A stretch of DNA of 64,000 nucleotides, from positions 40,170-104,169 of the forward strand of contig JAKISF010000007.1 in NCBI GenBank assembly GCA_021648725.1, given 5' to 3'. The position numbers were made by a program, and so were the translations under genes. This stretch comes from Bacteroidales bacterium (lineage in GTDB: Bacteria; Bacteroidota; Bacteroidia; Bacteroidales; JAADGE01). The notes beneath the pieces were generated by a model that saw nothing but the letters and a program-made list of their open reading frames with translations, had not been told where the DNA came from and searched no databases. Positions 59,468 to 64,000 of the stretch are shown piece by piece. The stretch's first letter is position 1. Each line of letters starts with the position of its first letter.

Positions 59468-60367
59468 TTAAACGCTAGAACCGGCCAAATTATTTCTTAC
59501 TTCAGCAATAGATTCTTTTAACTTGTTAAATTGGTCTTTGGTCATTACGATTCTTGTTGTTCCTCCTACTACAATTTGATTGCCTTCTGCATTGCTTATT
59601 TTCGGATTTTCAATTTTAATAACTTCCAGTTGGTCATAAACATTTTTAATAGGTTGAAGTTCTTTTATAATTGCACTTATATTTTCATCTGCTTCTCTTT
59701 GTTGCAATGATAATATTAAATTTTCAAATATGTTTTTTTGATCTGCAATTAATTGAATAATTTCACTATCTTCTTCATAGTTATTTTGAAGAGTTGTGAC
59801 GATATATAAACTCTCAACCCAACCACCGACTGAAATTAAAGATAAAGATGTATTTCTGTCGTTTTCTTCTAAGAACTTAACAATATCATAATATGTATCG
59901 TTTGTAACTTTTAATAAAGAATCTTTGCTCTCTATATTTTTAAATCTGTCGATTAATGATTCTGAAAAAACAGAACCTAAACCGATTTTATCACTTAAAC
60001 CTTCAACAACTTTAAGGTATTCGCCGGCAGTACCGGTTTGATTAAATGCGGCAGCATACGCTAAATCAGCAGAATACAAACCAAAACCGACTTCAAGTGA
60101 TTTTGTATCTAAATATTTTTCGGCATTTTCTTTATTATTTAATACTTTATCTGAATATTGCAATTCGCCCTCTCTTGTAAATGCAAACATATCCTTAGGT
60201 GAAGGAATAAGATAAGTAATTAAGTTATCATCATTAATTTCAACAACATTTTGGGCAACTGTATCATTGTCTTTATTGTTTCCGTTGTCATCTTCTCCAC
60301 AAGCAGAAAACCAAAGCAACATTGCTGATGCAAATGCAATTTTTAAAAATTTAAACGGTGCTTTCAT
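59468..60367 (-). CDS. Hypothetical lipoprotein (helical)
   Basis: Signal LLWFSAC followed by an acidic, Asn-rich linker. I do not recognise a family. Confidence 0.5.
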   Translation of the reverse strand: MKAPFKFLKIAFASAMLLWFSACGEDDNGNNKDNDTVAQNVVEINDDNLITYLIPSPKDMFAFTREGELQYSDKVLNNKENAEKYLDTKSLEVGFGLYSADLAYAAAFNQTGTAGEYLKVVEGLSDKIGLGSVFSESLIDRFKNIESKDSLLKVTNDTYYDIVKFLEENDRNTSLSLISVGGWVESLYIVTTLQNNYEEDSEIIQLIADQKNIFENLILSLQQREADENISAIIKELQPIKNVYDQLEVIKIENPKISNAEGNQIVVGGTTRIVMTKDQFNKLKESIAEVRNNLAGSSV

Positions 60368-60455
60368 ACCAATATTTTTTGTTACTAATTAAATTTATTT
60401 AAATGATATTTTATAAATGAAAGTATAAAGTTAAAAAAAAAGTTCAGCAAAAAAA

Positions 60456-60480
60456 AATCCCGAAAGGTTTTTTCGGGATT
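60456..60480 (-). terminator. Terminator immediately 3' of tRNA-Gln
   Basis: AATCCCGAAA-n5-TTTCGGGATT, followed on the minus strand by a 9-nt T-run. Confidence 0.75.
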
Positions 60481-60485
60481 TTTTG

Positions 60486-60556
60486 CTGACCTACCAGGAC
60501 TCGAACCTAGGACGACTGGACCAAAACCAGATGTGTTACCACTACACCATAGGTCA
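60486..60556 (-). tRNA. tRNA-Gln (anticodon UUG)
   Basis: Hand-folded cloverleaf. Acceptor stem TGACCTA/TAGGTCA, D stem GTGT/ACAC, anticodon loop TT-TTG-GT, T arm CTAGG-TTCGAGT-CCTGG. CCA is not encoded. Confidence 0.85.
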
Positions 60557-60661
60557 TTATTTCAGGAATGCAAAATTATTATTTTTTTTTCTTTTTATGC
60601 AAATTTTTCTGATTTAATTTAAAAAAATATACTTTGCATCTTTTAATATTAATTTTCAGAT

Positions 60662-61165
60662 ATGTCGAAAGTGTTTTTATCATTAGGAAGCAATAAAAAT
60701 GACAGGCACAAATCCATTAAAGCAGCAATAAAAAAGATTAATAAAAAACTTGGAGATATTATTCAAACTTCCGATGTTTTTGAAACAGAGTCTTGGTCAT
60801 ACCATGATAATAATTATTTAAATGCAGTAATTGAAATTGAAACTGAATTTATTCCGAAAGATTTATTAAAAGAATTGAAAAGAATTGAAAAAGAACTCGG
60901 CAGAAAAAACAAAACTGTAACTTTCAAAGGGAAACCTAAATATCTTTCAAGAACTATTGACATTGATATTTTATTTTATGATGACAAAGTCATTAGCACA
61001 AAAGAATTAACAATTCCGCATACTAAATTGCATCTCCGAAACTTTGTATTAAAGCCGATGATGCAAATTGCACCGGATTTTATTCATCCTGTATTTCAAA
61101 AAAATATTAACTGTATATACACAATGTGTGAAGATAAAAGTATGGTTACCTTATTTAAAGAATAA
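60662..61165 (+). CDS. folK: 2-amino-4-hydroxy-6-hydroxymethyldihydropteridine diphosphokinase
   Basis: HPPK motifs LGSN, RTIDIDILFYDD and PHTKLHLRNFVLKP. Confidence 0.9.
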   Translation: MSKVFLSLGSNKNDRHKSIKAAIKKINKKLGDIIQTSDVFETESWSYHDNNYLNAVIEIETEFIPKDLLKELKRIEKELGRKNKTVTFKGKPKYLSRTIDIDILFYDDKVISTKELTIPHTKLHLRNFVLKPMMQIAPDFIHPVFQKNINCIYTMCEDKSMVTLFKE

Positions 61166-61227
61166 TTTCTGATGTTGGTTATTAAAAACAATATTAAACT
61201 CTGCTTTAAAATATAGCATAACTCATC

Positions 61228-62925
61228 TTACGGCATTGATTTCCCGATTATATACCACGTTACATCCTTAATGCTCGACTGTAGGGTGTATGATTCTCCA
61301 AAATTAATAATTAACGGAGTAACTTGCCCGTCAATTAAATCACCGGCAATAGACTCGACACTTATTTGTCTTAATTCTCCTGCTACCATTGAATTTTTTA
61401 TTATAATAATTCTGCTTGGTATTTCATTAACATCCGGCAACCAAACTCTTGAAGGGCTTCCTACATCTGTTGATCTTACAACTAATGTTGTTAATGTCGG
61501 GTCTTCTATCGGGAAATCAAGCAGTTCTGTAATTACTAAGTTTGGATCGTTTGAAGGAGGAAACGATACGAGAGAATTAACATTAATCCAGTTTGTACTT
61601 CCGGCTCCGTTTGTTGTTAATACATAATTTGCAGTTCCTCTCGTTGTCGGCATTGTTATCGTCTGAAACCCTCGGTTAAACCTAAGTGTTCCGTTAAGAT
61701 TAACTCTTTCCGACCCGGTTGTGAAATCACCGTAAATTAATGCTCCCGCTGAATTTGATGAGTTGTTAGATATATATAATTTATTACTTCCTATTTCACC
61801 TGACCCCGCACTGTTTCCTATAAATATATTACCGGTGCTTAATGTTGCACCGGAGTTACTCCCGGCTAAGTTGCCGATATAAACATTGTTGCTCCCTATT
61901 GTATTTTGGATACCTGCATTTTTACCTATAAAAACATTCTCAGTTCCTGTTGTGGTTTCAGAACCTGCAGACAGCCCGATAAATGCATTATTATTAGTGA
62001 ATTGTACAAACTTATCAAAAGTTGCTTTTGCTGCACCATATTTCCCGACTGCAAACCCGCCGGAAATACCTTTTGCAGAAGGGTTTGAGTAAATCCTTGT
62101 ACTGTCGGGATGTGTGTAGAAATATTTAAATTTCTTATCTTTTGCTGCACCGTATTTCCCGACTGCAAACCCACCTGAAATACCTAATGATTCATCAGTA
62201 TAAACTCGTGTACTGTCTCCTGTTACAATCAATAAATCTCCGAGACCTTTTTCTTTAGCAGCACCGTATTTCCCGACTGCAAACCCGCCGGAAATCCCTT
62301 TTGCGGCAGCATCATCTACATATATATTTGTTGCTCCGGAATTTACGACTAGAAGATCTCCCACACCTTTCGCTGCTCCATATTTCCCTACGGCAAAACC
62401 GCCGGAAATCCCTTTGCCTGATTTTGCCGGGTTTGCAACATACATTCTCACACCTACCGAAGTAACAGACATAATTGTTTTTCCTGTTTTATCCTTTACT
62501 TCAAATAAAATATCATCTTCCGCTTTAGATTTATCTGCTTGAATCACAAACTTGCTTGAAGGGGTTTTTGTCCCTATACCGACATTTTGTGCCGAATTTG
62601 TTAAATAAACATTTGTTGCATTTTGTGTCCAAATTTCAGATGACATTGACAAATCAACCCACTTGCCGTCTCCGTAAATAAAAAAAGAATTTAAGTTGGT
62701 ATCAAAAACTAAAAGCCCGGAAACAGGATTTGAAATTAGTTCTCTTTGGCTCGTTAACATTCTTGGAATCAATAAACCTTGTGTTGTAGATTTAACTTCA
62801 AAAATTGCAGAACTTGCAGGGGTATCTCCTGAGCTGCCTGAAATAATGACACCTTGCGAGAAAGCACTTGAATAAAGAAAAATAGAAACAAGAATTAATA
62901 AAGAAAATTTTTGTAGGGTTTTCAT
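61228..62925 (-). CDS. Secreted repeat protein (tail-fibre/adhesin-like)
   Basis: Signal peptide. Four 38-aa repeats with the core GISGGFAVGKYGAAK. Then NxFIGxxAG-type short repeats and the motif ALIYGDF. Unassigned ~150-aa C-terminal domain. Confidence 0.7.
   Translation of the reverse strand: MKTLQKFSLLILVSIFLYSSAFSQGVIISGSSGDTPASSAIFEVKSTTQGLLIPRMLTSQRELISNPVSGLLVFDTNLNSFFIYGDGKWVDLSMSSEIWTQNATNVYLTNSAQNVGIGTKTPSSKFVIQADKSKAEDDILFEVKDKTGKTIMSVTSVGVRMYVANPAKSGKGISGGFAVGKYGAAKGVGDLLVVNSGATNIYVDDAAAKGISGGFAVGKYGAAKEKGLGDLLIVTGDSTRVYTDESLGISGGFAVGKYGAAKDKKFKYFYTHPDSTRIYSNPSAKGISGGFAVGKYGAAKATFDKFVQFTNNNAFIGLSAGSETTTGTENVFIGKNAGIQNTIGSNNVYIGNLAGSNSGATLSTGNIFIGNSAGSGEIGSNKLYISNNSSNSAGALIYGDFTTGSERVNLNGTLRFNRGFQTITMPTTRGTANYVLTTNGAGSTNWINVNSLVSFPPSNDPNLVITELLDFPIEDPTLTTLVVRSTDVGSPSRVWLPDVNEIPSRIIIIKNSMVAGELRQISVESIAGDLIDGQVTPLIINFGESYTLQSSIKDVTWYIIGKSMP
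62026..62412 (-). repeat. Four in-frame tandem repeats, exact 114-nt (38-aa) period
   Basis: The core GISGGFAVGKYGAAK starts at aa 172, 210, 248 and 286. The 45-nt cores differ only at a few synonymous sites, while the 69-nt spacers have diverged. Confidence 0.9.
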
Positions 62926-63583
62926 GGTTTTTTGTATTTTAAGGTTTTAAACATTTCAAAAGGAAATAAATATTTTTTATGTTGCAAGTTTTTTTGATTA
63001 CATTTTTTATTTTTTAATATTGTTGTGTCAACACTATAAGGCTTGACATAATAATTAACAAATTTTATTTTTTTGATAAAATGCTGTAATGCTTTTACGA
63101 AATATATACAACTAAAGAAATTTTACGCAAATATAACTTTCAATATAATTATAAATGTTTACGAACAATCCTTAAAATAATATTTAACAAGCTTTATGAA
63201 GTTGGAAAATACTGAAATGTTCTTATAGAGGAGAAATTATAAATTTAATTATACCGGGTTCAAAATATTCTCGGGGTATTAAAAAAACAACAAGGAATTA
63301 TACTTTTCATGTAGTGCAGGGAAACAATTAAACAATGATAAAGGAATACATGATATTAACAATTATTCCTCTGAATCATTTTTTGGCGTTAAATTTGATA
63401 TGAGTAAGAAAGAATACATTTTATCTCATGGAAGCACTTCAATTCACGGAATAGCATTAATTATGTACAGATGTTGATAAAGAAATTTATTGACCGAGTA
63501 ATATTTAATCAAAAAACCGATAAGTTTACCGCCATACGATACGGTGTTTGAATTTGATGAACAATAAGTAAATTCGATAAATA

Positions 63584-64000
63584 ATGAAATTTAAAATAAT
63601 TAATTTATTGATTTTTGGTATTATACTTTTTGAGGGATGTGCAATTTTTCAAAAAGGAAACCTTGATATGGTCCAACTTACCGAAGATTTTATTGAAGGA
63701 GATATTTTTGTAGAAAGTATTGATTTTTACGAAAGATTTTTGATAGACAATCCTAATGATGCTGATTTTAATTACAAAATGGGCTTTGCATTATTAAATA
63801 CGAAAACAAGAGAAAAAGAATCAATAAAATACTTTAAAAAAGCAAAAGAATTTTATAATAAACCTGCTACAAAATCAAAATATGTAGAAAGTTCATTTCA
63901 ACTTGCAAGAGCCTATCGAGCATCATACCTTTTTATTGCTGCATTAGAAGAACTGTCGCAATTAAGAATGCAAGTCGTAAAAAATGAATATGTTACAACA
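63584..64000 (+). CDS. TPR-like lipoprotein, N-terminal 139 codons (runs off the window)
   Basis: ATG 63584 and an open frame to the window end (my hand translation). Signal ILFEGC. TPR-like segment NPNDADFNYKMGFALLNT. This ORF is not in the supplied ORF track. Confidence 0.5.
   Translation, partial: MKFKIINLLIFGIILFEGCAIFQKGNLDMVQLTEDFIEGDIFVESIDFYERFLIDNPNDADFNYKMGFALLNTKTREKESIKYFKKAKEFYNKPATKSKYVESSFQLARAYRASYLFIAALEELSQLRMQVVKNEYVTT

Noticed and set aside
60368-60661. tRNA-Gln as a possible integration site for a genomic island
   Set aside because: There is no integrase, no direct repeat of the tRNA 3' end, and no obvious compositional shift in the flanking genes.
62026-62412. Regularly spaced near-identical 45-nt repeats that could superficially resemble a CRISPR array
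   Set aside because: The 114-nt period is in-frame within a 565-aa ORF, and the repeats encode a conserved peptide. There are no cas genes, no leader, and the repeats are not palindromic.

Overview
The window is AT-rich and gene-dense (about 60 genes). The content looks like the chromosomal core of a Bacteroidota-type genome. Evidence for that assignment: TAnnTTTG -7 promoter boxes, CarboxypepD_reg-type TonB-dependent receptors, a fused CcsBA, many SpII-type lipoprotein signals, and an atpBEFHAG operon split from atpDC.

Most genes are housekeeping:
- a partial P1B-type ATPase, NhaC, ElbB, and thiol-disulfide oxidoreductases
- a guaB / periplasmic PPIase chaperone cluster, followed by MoxR and an OstA-like protein
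- a Ca2+/Na+ antiporter, TrmB, and a Tex / NUDIX / LolE-like / NUDIX operon
- an M23 peptidase, mqnB-mqnD, folE, an aminotransferase, OsmC, Crp/Fnr, and a BCCP-like biotinyl protein
- a large beta-propeller/Y_Y_Y sensor fused to a SpoIIE/PP2C phosphatase
- CcsBA, atpBEFHA-(ACBP)-G, a radical SAM/SPASM enzyme, a Spy-like protein, rfbB, nadB, and groES
- a Trx/Grx fusion, a TonB-dependent receptor with a partner lipoprotein, waaA, tRNA-Gln(UUG), and folK
- a repeat-bearing surface protein

I found no transposase, integrase, CRISPR array, rRNA, or recognisable defence or toxin system. I cannot honestly point to a clear multi-gene novel system.

The observations most worth a second look are:
1. 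a eukaryote-type acyl-CoA-binding protein gene wedged between atpA and atpG
2. a surface protein with four tandem repeats of exact 114-nt period and an invariant 15-aa core
3. a stranded 66-codon TonB-dependent receptor C-terminus that keeps its own terminator
4. a groES with no groEL
5. a propeller-PP2C sensor with no partner-switching genes nearby
6. futalosine-pathway genes (mqnB/mqnD) in this lineage context

Several ORF-track starts use TTG or GTG. Where an in-frame ATG gives a clean signal peptide or avoids a terminator hairpin, I moved the start to that ATG.
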